A stretch of DNA of 64,000 bases from an uncultured candidate division Zixibacteria bacterium (GCA_963668625.2 CAXXKA010000008.1:1024001-1088000), one strand, 5' to 3'; positions 30,401 to 38,774 are shown, counted from the stretch's first letter. The notes: generated from the sequence alone by a model not told the origin. Translations and numbers: made by a program.

Positions 30401-32627
30401 ATATAGTTGTCCCCAAGCTGTTGCATCGGCATTAATGGCGCTAGAAAAATATTTAACTGATGAAATAGATTCAAATAAATCCATCAATACTATAATAGAT
30501 TTGATATTAAAAAACGCAAAATCCTTAGCATTTATAGGTTTACTTATATCTATTACCAAGAAAGACAATTCTTTGCTAAAAGGGCAATTAAAAGATTTAA
30601 TCCGTATACCAGAGATACATTTATGGGAAATGCAATACTTCCTCGATTCTCATAGCTATCAGTTAATCGGCTGGGCTACTAAAGGCGAGTATATGCTAAA
30701 ATTAGCGCAAGAGTGGCAAAATCTTAAGCACAGGACGATTGGATTTGATTATGTTTGTCTTCATTTTTTTGTCAGTTCAGAAGACATGAAAGAGTATTTT
30801 GAAGACGTCCTTTCAAAATGGAGATTAGAATATGAAGCTCTTGAAGATAATCACTATCTTAAAAACTATCTGGAAAAGTTAATCGCTCAATATGATAGCC
30901 GTAATTGGCAAAAAAAGATACATCCTCAATACGGAGAATGTTTCGAATTTGTCCCGCCAAAAGAATTGCGCGAAAAAAGCGAAAAATATGCAAAAGATTC
31001 AGAAATGGAAAGGCTTTTACTATACTGGCCGATGCAATGCTCACAAATACTTAAAGATAAATTGCCGTTAAAAATCGATGAGCTTGAATCAATATGGCCA
31101 ATAATACAAAAGCTTTATAAAATGGAATTATCAGCTGACCTGATAAAGAAAGATATTAAAAAAGAAGATGCTATATGCGGCTGTATAGCCGTTATTTTTA
31201 TTCTCCAAAGAGAATGGCTAAGGGATAATCTTGAATATGAGAATTGGTGTATTAATTATATAATCGAGACAATTAAAAATCCTATACAATTTGATGTGGA
31301 TGATAGCTCATTCAGTATAACCTACTGGACATGGGACTATTTTTGCGCCTTGGTAATCCCATATATCTGGGCAGAAGATACCGAATCTAAAGATATTAGG
31401 AATTGTATGTTATTAATGTTACGATTCCCTCGTTACTCAACTGTTCAAGCACTTTTTAAGTCCGCAATTGACAACCGAGTTAATTTAGGACTTAATTTAA
31501 ATCAAATTCAGAATTACATTCTCGCTTATTCAGGGGCAAAATGGCTTTACGATCACACGAAGCATTTGGGTAAATCGCAGTTTAAACTTGATAGATGGTT
31601 CAATAAAGAAAAAATAATTTTTATTAAGAACAAGTACCCAAAAGAACTATTATCGTGGGATAAATTAATGCCCAAAGATAGCTATTGGAATAGGTTGATA
31701 AGACGTAGAAAGTATCCAAGACAATACTCACAGTTACAAGAGTTGCCAAATTTGGATTTGTATTTAATCCAGAATGCCTTTAGCTATTTGCCTGATTTAA
31801 AGGATGCAATTGACGATTTCCAAAGAACACAGTGGATCAAGTTTTGGAAAGAATCGTTAAATTACATGCTTGCAATAATTAGTGAACGTACAAAAGACAA
31901 TGACGAGATAAATGGGACTCCATACGATTGGGATAGGTGGGTACTAAGACGCATATCCCGACTTTTATTAGAATTGGATAATAGCGAAAATCAAGAATTA
32001 TTTTGGAAACCTATTTTGGATCTAGGTTGCTCAGCACACTATTGGATTAATGATTATTTTCAGGAATGGTTTAATAATGGATTAAATGATACAACCAACT
32101 CAAAAATATTTCTTTCAATCTGGTCAAAAATGTTTGAACATGCGGATTCGTCTCCTAAATGGAGTAGAAAAAAAGAACGTAAAGGATATTATTGTAATGA
32201 GATTTGGTGTTCTTTAATGGGATTTGATTATATATGCATGGATATTTGGAGTGCTGACAAAGCAACGATTGTAAAAGAAATGAAGGATTATTTTGCTCGC
32301 TGGGCGAATAGAAATTTACTTTACGCCGACTGCATAAAAGCTTTTGCTACTTTTCTTAAGCAACCAGCGGCGATCTTGATACGTTTAGATGGTATTATTT
32401 GGCTAGATATAGGATGCAAGAGTATTGATACTTACTATTGGGAAAAATCTGATTTTCAAGAGAAGTTAGTTTCACTACTTTCAGCTTGTTGGAAAGATGA
32501 CGAAAATAATATTCGAAATAATCAAGATGTACTCAATTCTTTTAATAACTTATTGAATAAATTAGTAGAACTTCAAAACCAGACTGCAATGGAACTACAT
32601 GATCTTATAATTAATCAGAGAAAATAA
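27435..32627 (+). CDS. Nuclease-STAND NTPase, Avs (AVAST)-like antiviral protein, 1730 aa
   Basis: N-terminal TGGGGFQFE...LDDLLL...SIKS nuclease-like domain; Walker A GVSGIGKT; Walker B YFIIDS; FFHD winged-helix motif; long Trp-rich helical C-terminus. Confidence 0.75.
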   Translation: MSSQSTTPKQTGGGGFQFENKVGAYFLSFLLAGKPPFEPELGIIKRLDFQVLKGGWLLDDLLLTLESSEIVRRCAFSIKSNKQITKNGAPSDFVNLIWRQYLHENTDKFNSDLDYLGLISKPFAQNVRNKLDVLLNYSQKQDSENLNVRLKDDSSLVEISSSFNCPADLASKYSVTEKSIGELLSHLLIIDCDFDTSIQTWQNTAFQNCQDTLKSGSPDEARNLWESLLIVSQDYDSSGGGITYIDLINLLRSRFKLKHHPVYDGDWRILEELKNGYLSSIKDTIGKNISIHRNEKIVELKRKTETNSILIIIGVSGIGKTVLAKHFVEDVSTYKTIWLPASSFLRQDYASFENSLNLSYSLAELINIVPEEHAYFIIDSFEQLRTDEAKRNLRIIIKALKLGNINSPWKLLITYRAEDLSQMYGMLRDSDLPLEFTYFMQLGDIEKDESKEILNGFPSLEKLAHNPNIRNILKNPKFLDLIITRLQYNSNLELPEWIGESHLIDWYWETAIKQPSSGMIRDNFLQKLSQIQADKFETETPLIDFQTSELSIIDELKLENVCREQNEQISFFHDILGDWARQRILISKSNSISEIIKEKVNYPSWHRAIRLYCHHLLENNRIEIWSKLLDDLSTAEQEFNLSQDIVLDSVIYTVNELSMLESIWPQLIKDKGVLLRRLLNRFLHIATYPNPIYLTIAHTFHLDKDLSFATLNRVPYWPYWLPLLELIDNHKSEAKQYAMKQVSELADIWLRQGAKIWPLRKEIAQIALDIANNILEQKLMGPTIVNNKIDNTAYRAALAGVDVLPNEVAEFALRACKRKVSQLLPKSIRVQSIMGTYESEIPAPWPRGPLARPDHAFRDLCLGASDHDTMYPLILSMPHIAREVILALLIEEPKPSDPFEYRIRDTYEIVDMHGWFPPFYTHGTFYFFLKSNVLEGVGLILDLVNFATERWAAYREKEEDEVPGLEIEIISNKRIWLGDGRVYFWYRGEYSCPQAVASALMALEKYLTDEIDSNKSINTIIDLILKNAKSLAFIGLLISITKKDNSLLKGQLKDLIRIPEIHLWEMQYFLDSHSYQLIGWATKGEYMLKLAQEWQNLKHRTIGFDYVCLHFFVSSEDMKEYFEDVLSKWRLEYEALEDNHYLKNYLEKLIAQYDSRNWQKKIHPQYGECFEFVPPKELREKSEKYAKDSEMERLLLYWPMQCSQILKDKLPLKIDELESIWPIIQKLYKMELSADLIKKDIKKEDAICGCIAVIFILQREWLRDNLEYENWCINYIIETIKNPIQFDVDDSSFSITYWTWDYFCALVIPYIWAEDTESKDIRNCMLLMLRFPRYSTVQALFKSAIDNRVNLGLNLNQIQNYILAYSGAKWLYDHTKHLGKSQFKLDRWFNKEKIIFIKNKYPKELLSWDKLMPKDSYWNRLIRRRKYPRQYSQLQELPNLDLYLIQNAFSYLPDLKDAIDDFQRTQWIKFWKESLNYMLAIISERTKDNDEINGTPYDWDRWVLRRISRLLLELDNSENQELFWKPILDLGCSAHYWINDYFQEWFNNGLNDTTNSKIFLSIWSKMFEHADSSPKWSRKKERKGYYCNEIWCSLMGFDYICMDIWSADKATIVKEMKDYFARWANRNLLYADCIKAFATFLKQPAAILIRLDGIIWLDIGCKSIDTYYWEKSDFQEKLVSLLSACWKDDENNIRNNQDVLNSFNNLLNKLVELQNQTAMELHDLIINQRK

Positions 32628-32712
32628 ATTTATAAATATAAAACGCTAAATTATGGCTTAAATTAACTAGTTACTTACAATATGGTATAAGAATATGATA
32701 ATCAGAAGATTA

Positions 32713-33063
32713 TTATTTACGTCTACGCGGCTTAACGGATAGTCTCTTAAGAGCCACCTCTGCTATTTCAGTAACAGCTTCAATATCCTCAGCAGATCTA
32801 CTCTTTAATATCTCAATCAAATTATTCATAGCAAGTTGAGATTTGGTTTTCTTGTCAGGGAAATCAAACAAATCTTTCAACTCAACCTTCAAAACCTGTG
32901 ATATTCTAAACAGGGTATCAACCGAAGCCGAACGCTTGCCGTTTTCGAGCAAAGCTATAAAATTAGTGCTCAAGCCAGCCTTATCGGCTAATTGAGCCTG
33001 TGTCAGTTTCAGGCCTTTCCGTAATTGCTTAATTCGGTTTCCCAGTAAAATCAAAATATCCAT
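32713..33063 (-). CDS. XRE/controller(C)-protein-like HTH regulator
   Basis: LGNRIKQLR...TQAQLADKAGLSTNFIALLENGKRSASVDTL. Confidence 0.9.
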   Translation of the reverse strand: MDILILLGNRIKQLRKGLKLTQAQLADKAGLSTNFIALLENGKRSASVDTLFRISQVLKVELKDLFDFPDKKTKSQLAMNNLIEILKSRSAEDIEAVTEIAEVALKRLSVKPRRRK

Positions 33064-33102
33064 ACACTATAAATAAACGGATAGGAAACCCATTGCGTAA
33101 TA

Positions 33103-33171
33103 GACTGATAGTTATAGTAATGGCGATATATGCAAATTATATATTGACTAATAGTGTGTTTTTAGTATATT
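33103..33171. promoter_or_regulatory. Two C-box-like sites and a rightward promoter
   Basis: GACT-GAT-AGTT (33103) and GACT-AAT-AGTG (33146); the second overlaps TTGACT (33144), which sits 16 bp before TATATT (33166). Confidence 0.45.
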
Positions 33172-33336
33172 GCCTTTGTCACTCAAGACGAAAGAAATAA
33201 CGGTTTCGACTGGGAAAACGCCTAAGATTCGGGGTGTTACCTATTGGTATGTAATGGCTTAAGCGAAATGATGACATCTACATGATTTCGAAAATTAGTG
33301 AACATCGTAAAAACATAACCTGGAAAGAGAAATGAT

Positions 33337-34119
33337 ATGCTAGCCAAAGTCTTAGAAAGAGAAATAGCCTGGCATCGAGAACTGGCAAAAACGCTGAAAT
33401 TATTCAAGATGCCAGCATCAGAAATCACAAAATATACGGAGACTCCAGCCGCCTCATACAATCCCAAGCAATTCATGTTCCGCGCGATGAGCCCAGTTGA
33501 AGGAAGAACGATACTGGACTTTGGATGCGGTAGCGGCGTGACCTCGGTACAACTCGCTATGATGGGGGCCGCCAAGGTGGTCGGCTTCGATCTATCACCG
33601 GATCTTATCAAGTACGCGACATACTTAGCCAGTCTTAACAATGTAGCCCGTATCTGTGAATTCCATGAATCTAATGCTCTCACCTACGATATCGGTACTG
33701 GAATGTATGACCGCATATTGATCGACAACGTCATGCACCATCTACCTCGCGAGGAATTCCCTGATATCCTGGATAAAATAAACAAGGCCTTAAAGCCAAA
33801 CGGAATTGTTGTATTCCGCGAGCCGGTAAACTATCTGCCCTGGTTAAACTCGTTTAAACTGGCAATCGGTTATAAGGCAGACGCTACTGAGGATGAGCAT
33901 GAACTGGGGAACACAGATGTAAATCTGATAGCTACGGCATTTGAATTAGTAACGATTAAGCATTTCTCGATGTTTGATCGTGTCGCTATGTCGCTGGGCT
34001 TGGATCAAGCTAGATCTATATCTCAGAGAGTCGATAGTGCGCTGCTAAACTTAATGCCAAGTTTTATGAGTAAGTTTGCCGGTACTGTGGTTATAACAGG
34101 TTACCCTCGTAACAAATAG
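33337..34119 (+). CDS. Class I SAM-dependent small-molecule methyltransferase
   Basis: ILDFGCGSG, GFDLS, VMHHL, LKPNG...FREP. Confidence 0.88.
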   Translation: MLAKVLEREIAWHRELAKTLKLFKMPASEITKYTETPAASYNPKQFMFRAMSPVEGRTILDFGCGSGVTSVQLAMMGAAKVVGFDLSPDLIKYATYLASLNNVARICEFHESNALTYDIGTGMYDRILIDNVMHHLPREEFPDILDKINKALKPNGIVVFREPVNYLPWLNSFKLAIGYKADATEDEHELGNTDVNLIATAFELVTIKHFSMFDRVAMSLGLDQARSISQRVDSALLNLMPSFMSKFAGTVVITGYPRNK

Positions 34120-34157
34120 ATAACAATAAATAAAATTACAAAAGAAAGGACAAAACA

Positions 34158-35498
34158 ATGAAACGGTTAAATATCTTGACTACGATATTGGTTGTCTTAA
34201 TGGTAATTCCAGCATCCCCATCAACCATCAACATCCCAGCCGATTATCCGACCATTCAGGAGGGAGTAAACGCAGCAGGTAACGACGACACGGTCCTGGT
34301 ACAACCGGGAACGTACGTTGAGAATCTATTTCTTGATGAACAAACAGTCGTTCTAGCTTCACTGTTCTTGACTACCGGCGACACGAGTTATATCGAGCAA
34401 ACCATTATCGATGGTAATGCCTCTGGTACGGTAGTAACGTTTCATTATCAAAACCACCATAACCGAGTATCACATTTGATAGGCTTCACGATTCAAAACG
34501 GTTATGCCCAGTTTGACCAATATCAATTCGGCGGAGGAATCTGTTGTCAGTACTCCAACCCGATAATCGATCACAACATCATTACCAACAATCACTCAGA
34601 CTGGGCCGGTGGTGGAATTCTGTGTTGGACTGGCGCGGGCCCCGTAATCTCGAATAACAGGATATTCAATAACATCGCTGACGATGAGGGCGGCGGCCTT
34701 TGGAGCGCCTGGTCGCATCCCACAGTTATCAACAATCTTATCTATTCAAACCAAGCCGCTGCTGGTGCAGGTGTAGTATTTGCAGTATGTGGTGACCTTA
34801 CATTTTCAAATAATCTCATAGCACGCAATGAAGCCGATTCTATCGGTAGTGCGGTCTGGGCGAAAAGTTCAGATATATTAATTGCGAATTCAACGATAGT
34901 AGATAATACTACCGATATATCCGATCCATCCGTTCACATTAGTGGTCAAGGTTACCTAGGGTTATTAAACACCATTGTGTGGAACAATGGATTACCACCA
35001 ATACACGTCAGTTCCAACTCAAACATTTCAGTCTCTTATTCCGACATCGAAGATGGCTGGACAGGAATAGGAAACATCGATGAGGATCCAATGTTCTGCT
35101 ATCCCGATACACTAAACTACCAATTGCAGGAAGACTCTCCTTGTGTCGGCACTGGCCAGAGCGGAGCTAACATCGGCGCGTATGGAATAGGATGTGCTAC
35201 TGTTGATATACTAGAAGATGTTGCCAATCTGCCATCGGTCTGCGTGCTGGCTCAGAATTATCCGAATCCATTCAACGCTTCGACTGTTATCAGTTATTCA
35301 CTTCCATACGATGCGAAAGTTAAGCTTGATATCTATGACATTGCTGGTCGGCATATTGAGACTTTGCTAAACTCATTCCAATTGGCTGAGCGCTATCAAG
35401 TAAACTGGAATGCTGTTAATTATTCATCAGGAGTATATTTCTATAAACTCCAGGTTGATGATTTTAGTGAATCGAGGAAGATGTTCTTAGTAAAGTAA
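34158..35498 (+). CDS. Secreted parallel beta-helix protein with FlgD/T9SS-type C-terminal domain
   Basis: Signal peptide; IPADYPTIQEG, repeated GGGI motifs, GNIDEDPMF; tail QNYPNPFN...SSGVYFYKL. Confidence 0.85.
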   Translation: MKRLNILTTILVVLMVIPASPSTINIPADYPTIQEGVNAAGNDDTVLVQPGTYVENLFLDEQTVVLASLFLTTGDTSYIEQTIIDGNASGTVVTFHYQNHHNRVSHLIGFTIQNGYAQFDQYQFGGGICCQYSNPIIDHNIITNNHSDWAGGGILCWTGAGPVISNNRIFNNIADDEGGGLWSAWSHPTVINNLIYSNQAAAGAGVVFAVCGDLTFSNNLIARNEADSIGSAVWAKSSDILIANSTIVDNTTDISDPSVHISGQGYLGLLNTIVWNNGLPPIHVSSNSNISVSYSDIEDGWTGIGNIDEDPMFCYPDTLNYQLQEDSPCVGTGQSGANIGAYGIGCATVDILEDVANLPSVCVLAQNYPNPFNASTVISYSLPYDAKVKLDIYDIAGRHIETLLNSFQLAERYQVNWNAVNYSSGVYFYKLQVDDFSESRKMFLVK

Positions 35499-35530
35499 AA
35501 AAAAGGGAGCGAATAAGCTCCCATTTTTTA
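35497..35530. terminator. Bidirectional terminator between the secreted gene and the Ubl operon
   Basis: A-run, GGGAGC/GCTCCC stem, T-run. Confidence 0.7.
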
Positions 35531-35650
35531 GCCTGAATCGGTACTCTCGGTTTCAGGCTTTTCATCCTTCTTTGGCAGAACCAGCTTCAGTATCTTCTCG
35601 ACGAGCGTCCCAACTGAATTTGCCAGTTCCTCGACATCTGATTCCTTCAT
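35528..35650 (-). CDS. 40 aa micro-ORF at the end of the Ubl operon
   Basis: MKESDVEELANSVGTLVEKILKLVLPKKDEKPETESTDSG*; GGAGGTG SD; TGATG overlap with the upstream micro-ORF. Confidence 0.6.
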   Translation of the reverse strand: MKESDVEELANSVGTLVEKILKLVLPKKDEKPETESTDSG

Positions 35651-35724
35651 CAACACCTCCAACATATTAAGCGGCGAAGAATTTCAGCAATCACCGCTAA
35701 TACGGTTTTAAGTTTACCTGTCAT
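35650..35724 (-). CDS. 24 aa micro-ORF coupled to E1
   Basis: MTGKLKTVLAVIAEILRRLICWRC*; ATGA overlap with the E1 stop; AGGAAGGA upstream. Confidence 0.5.
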   Translation of the reverse strand: MTGKLKTVLAVIAEILRRLICWRC

Positions 35725-36392
35725 TTACGAATTCCTTCCTTGAGCAGACTCAGAGTTTTCAGATCGAGAGTGACCGCAGGTTCAATCCACTCATCATTGG
35801 CAAATGCAGCGACCTGCATACAGATCAGACCAGCTAGTGGCAGTACTGAATAAATAATCGATTTGGCGGTACAGCGTTCATCCAGGGTCTCTGAATCATC
35901 CACCAGGGTCTGTTCGTATCTTTTACAGCTTGATGGTTCACCAGGACGAATACAATAGACCTGAATTACTCGTGCTGCCATACGTGGATCGATGAGAAGC
36001 TGTGCACTGCGATTGATTGAAACCGATGCCCAAATACGCTTCCGCACATCCATAGAGTCCACCGCGGATATAACAATGTCAGCTTCGGGCTTCTGTTTGA
36101 TGAAAGACCGTGCCAGGGTAATCATTGAGATTTGCCCATCAAATTGACGGATCAGATCGGAACAGGCATCCACTTTCTTTTTACCCAGATCGCTGTCTCT
36201 ATAGAATTGGTTGGGGAGGTTCTCAACGCTTACCTTATCATTATCGATCAGCGTTAATTGACCGATTCCCATTTTACAAAGAGAAAGGGCTGTGAAACTT
36301 CCAACAGCTCCACAGCCCACTATCGCGATATGCAAATTCGCCAGCCTTTCCTGATTAACAAGTTCCTGCTGACGGATATATTTATCATCCAT
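35721..36392 (-). CDS. E1-like (ThiF/MoeB family) activating enzyme
   Basis: IAIVGCGAVGS, DNDKVSVENLPNQ, GKKKV, AVDS; candidate catalytic Cys in ERCTAK; no CxxC zinc pairs seen. Confidence 0.9.
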   Translation of the reverse strand: MDDKYIRQQELVNQERLANLHIAIVGCGAVGSFTALSLCKMGIGQLTLIDNDKVSVENLPNQFYRDSDLGKKKVDACSDLIRQFDGQISMITLARSFIKQKPEADIVISAVDSMDVRKRIWASVSINRSAQLLIDPRMAARVIQVYCIRPGEPSSCKRYEQTLVDDSETLDERCTAKSIIYSVLPLAGLICMQVAAFANDEWIEPAVTLDLKTLSLLKEGIRK

Positions 36393-36400
36393 TAGACCTC

Positions 36401-37078
36401 CTAAAAGTCCTCAAACATTGATTGCCTCGTAAGCATCTCATATTCGTGGAAATTTATGACTCCCTGGTTAAGCGCCTCCTCCAGCTCCTCCTCGCTTTCA
36501 AATTCACTAACAGGTATCATCTTTTCTTTCGGTATTTGAGGAGTTTTGTCTTTCTTAACTTTGGCTTTGAATTCGGCCTCCAGTTGTTCTTTCAACTCGC
36601 CATCTTGAGGAAAGTAAATCTGTGTCGCAACTCTATCCAAAACCATGTGACAGGGTTTGTAAACATCTATCCTCGTAAGTATCTCATCTCTGGAATTTGT
36701 AACAATGGATACCGAATACGAGCCATTGGCTAATAGCTCACAGCATTTATGGTCAGTCGAGGACCAGAATGTTTTCATATTCGCGTGACTATGAATCCAA
36801 CATTTTAACTTAGCGCAGTCAATGTTCCGCGATGCCAGGTCAATCATCAGATCGGCAACTGCCTTATCATCTATGATCGTTTCTACGCCATTTACAACTT
36901 GTGTAAGCAAGTATATCTCTGAAACCAACAGACCAGTTGTAGTGCCGTTCTCCTGCAGTTCCTCGATAATGCCTAGGGCGCTGACCTCATCACTACCAGA
37001 AAGGCTAATCCAATACCTGAACTTTGCCCAGGCTTTGTAATCGACATACACCACAAACTCATTCGGTTTCATCTTCAT
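36401..37078 (-). CDS. JAB/MPN+ metallopeptidase (deubiquitinase-like)
   Basis: DEVSALG (Glu) ... WIHSHANMKTFWSSTD (HxH-x7-S-x2-D); start taken at ATG 37078 after a GGAGGTG SD. Confidence 0.88.
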   Translation of the reverse strand: MKMKPNEFVVYVDYKAWAKFRYWISLSGSDEVSALGIIEELQENGTTTGLLVSEIYLLTQVVNGVETIIDDKAVADLMIDLASRNIDCAKLKCWIHSHANMKTFWSSTDHKCCELLANGSYSVSIVTNSRDEILTRIDVYKPCHMVLDRVATQIYFPQDGELKEQLEAEFKAKVKKDKTPQIPKEKMIPVSEFESEEELEEALNQGVINFHEYEMLTRQSMFEDF

Positions 37079-38267
37079 CGTCACCTCCCTGATGTGGACA
37101 ATCCATAATATCACAGTTTAAGCAATGATTTTGATTAACAGAGTGACAGCTTTCGTAATCCTTATAGTACAGGCAGGTGGTAAACCTGCAGGTCATACAC
37201 TTCTTTGGATCAACATCATGACAATCAGTTAGCAGTTCAATGCCAGGTTCACATCGATCAGGGCAGTTTACGCAGTTCTCGAAATGTATATCTTCGATGC
37301 ATTCGTTCAATGCATTCTCATAGTACGGACAAAAACTATCTCCACAGTCGAGGCAAATACGTCCATAACTACCGCCTTCTCGGCAACGTTCATACTCGTC
37401 CTTTTCTTCAGAGTAATCGGGATCATTCCAGAATTGTATGCGTTGGTAGGCATCATCTTCATTGTACTCGTGTACGAACTTATGAAGTATTTCCAGAGTG
37501 CCGAAAATCTCGTATTCGCCCATCATCTGGCGAAGACCTGAGGCGATGTTCCCTAGACAAATCTCATTGTCGCTGTTCACGTGTGGATGTGGATAATCAT
37601 TCACTGTGTTATCGTGGTTATAGATCTTAGCCCGGCCCTCACTCAGATTAAGCTCTATCTGAAGCTCACCAATTTCGAATTCCTCTCCATCGTGCTGGAT
37701 ATAAACCGTGTGAGTTATAGCACGAAGATACTTATCATCTATGGTGATTGACTGATACATCCCAGGGACCAGCTTTTTCAACTGATGATACTCGTTGACG
37801 ATTTTTTTACATATCGGTAGGCTTGGATGACTTAGCTGATCCAAAACATGCTTATCGATATTGCGCGTCCTGGTTAGTTCGAATATCTGACGGTTTAGAC
37901 TATCCAGCGTGTTATCAGCCTGGTAGACAGAGTTCTTGAGCGCCTGTTTACGTTCCTCAAACCCTGACAGGACCAGCTTCTTAAGCTGATCCCGTTTTTG
38001 TGTGTGGTACTTCTGTGACAATGGCAGAAGATGTTCCTCAAGAGCTTTAGTGATAACCTCCAGGTTGTCTTCATTGAGCGGATACCCTATGTGAAGAGTA
38101 AGTTCCTCGACCTTGACTGGAATATCGGCGTTCTCCTTAAAAACGACCTGGATTGCATCTGGATTGTTTTGAGTAAATACATCAGAAGGTAACTGCTCGA
38201 CCTCGATAGGAACGTTGAGTGACTGGGCGTGATAGCTGGCAAGAGAGTTAATCTTCTGCCAGATCAC
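37059..38267 (-). CDS. Coiled-coil + E2/UBC-like domain + four Cys4 repeats
   Basis: YPHPHVNSDNEICLGN matches the E2 HP(N/H)...G.ICL active-site motif; GTGA overlap with the Ubl stop. Confidence 0.8.
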   Translation of the reverse strand: MIWQKINSLASYHAQSLNVPIEVEQLPSDVFTQNNPDAIQVVFKENADIPVKVEELTLHIGYPLNEDNLEVITKALEEHLLPLSQKYHTQKRDQLKKLVLSGFEERKQALKNSVYQADNTLDSLNRQIFELTRTRNIDKHVLDQLSHPSLPICKKIVNEYHQLKKLVPGMYQSITIDDKYLRAITHTVYIQHDGEEFEIGELQIELNLSEGRAKIYNHDNTVNDYPHPHVNSDNEICLGNIASGLRQMMGEYEIFGTLEILHKFVHEYNEDDAYQRIQFWNDPDYSEEKDEYERCREGGSYGRICLDCGDSFCPYYENALNECIEDIHFENCVNCPDRCEPGIELLTDCHDVDPKKCMTCRFTTCLYYKDYESCHSVNQNHCLNCDIMDCPHQGGDDEDETE

Positions 38268-38473
38268 CGGCGACCACCTTTGATCTGAGGGTTCATCGTA
38301 ACCACGTCACCATCCTGCACCGGCGAGCTGTCAAATGCAGGGTGACCGTTTAAGGTAATTGTCATATGATCACGGTTGAAACCCGCAGCCTGTATAACGT
38401 GCTCTACGTTTGCGCCTTCTTGAATTTCAACCTCTTTAGCGGACTCACCTAGCTTTAGAACCTTGACTTTCAT
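38264..38473 (-). CDS. Ubiquitin-like beta-grasp (ThiS/MoaD-like) protein ending GG-RR
   Basis: MKVKV...ITLNG...VQDGDVVTMNPQIKGGRR; AGAGGAG SD. Confidence 0.88.
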   Translation of the reverse strand: MKVKVLKLGESAKEVEIQEGANVEHVIQAAGFNRDHMTITLNGHPAFDSSPVQDGDVVTMNPQIKGGRR

Positions 38474-38489
38474 ATATTCTCCTCTGTTA

Positions 38490-38518
38490 AAATGAAAAAG
38501 CCCGCCTGATGACGGGCA
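38490..38518 (-). terminator. Terminator-like hairpin in the leader of the Ubl operon
   Basis: Minus strand GCCCGTC-ATCA-GGCGGGC followed by TTTTTCATTTT, then the Ubl SD. Confidence 0.55.
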
Positions 38519-38774
38519 GTTTGTTGTTATTATTCTTATACCATTTTAATGAAGTAATTGGGCTTGACAAATCAGTATGCGATTGGTAATTTTAATAAAG
38601 AAATGATAATAATAGTTGTTTTAGTTGCCTATGTCTAATTAGAACTCTATAAAATATTAGCGTTTAAAATAATTGCTAATATTATTCAGCTGATTTGTTT
38701 ACAGCAGTAACTTTATGATAAAATTTATTTTAAATTATTTGAATTGTTTTTAGTTAATTGTAGGAAGGTTTTGA

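Noticed and set aside
16972-32627. Complete DISARM or BREX system
   Set aside because: No DrmA/DrmB/DrmC or PglZ/BrxC/BrxL-like genes were recognised.
36420-36500. Ubiquitin-interacting motif at the JAB C-terminus (SEEELEEALNQG)
   Set aside because: The conserved UIM Ser is absent and the following GVINFHEYE fits a SHOCT-like tail equally well; not supportable by eye.
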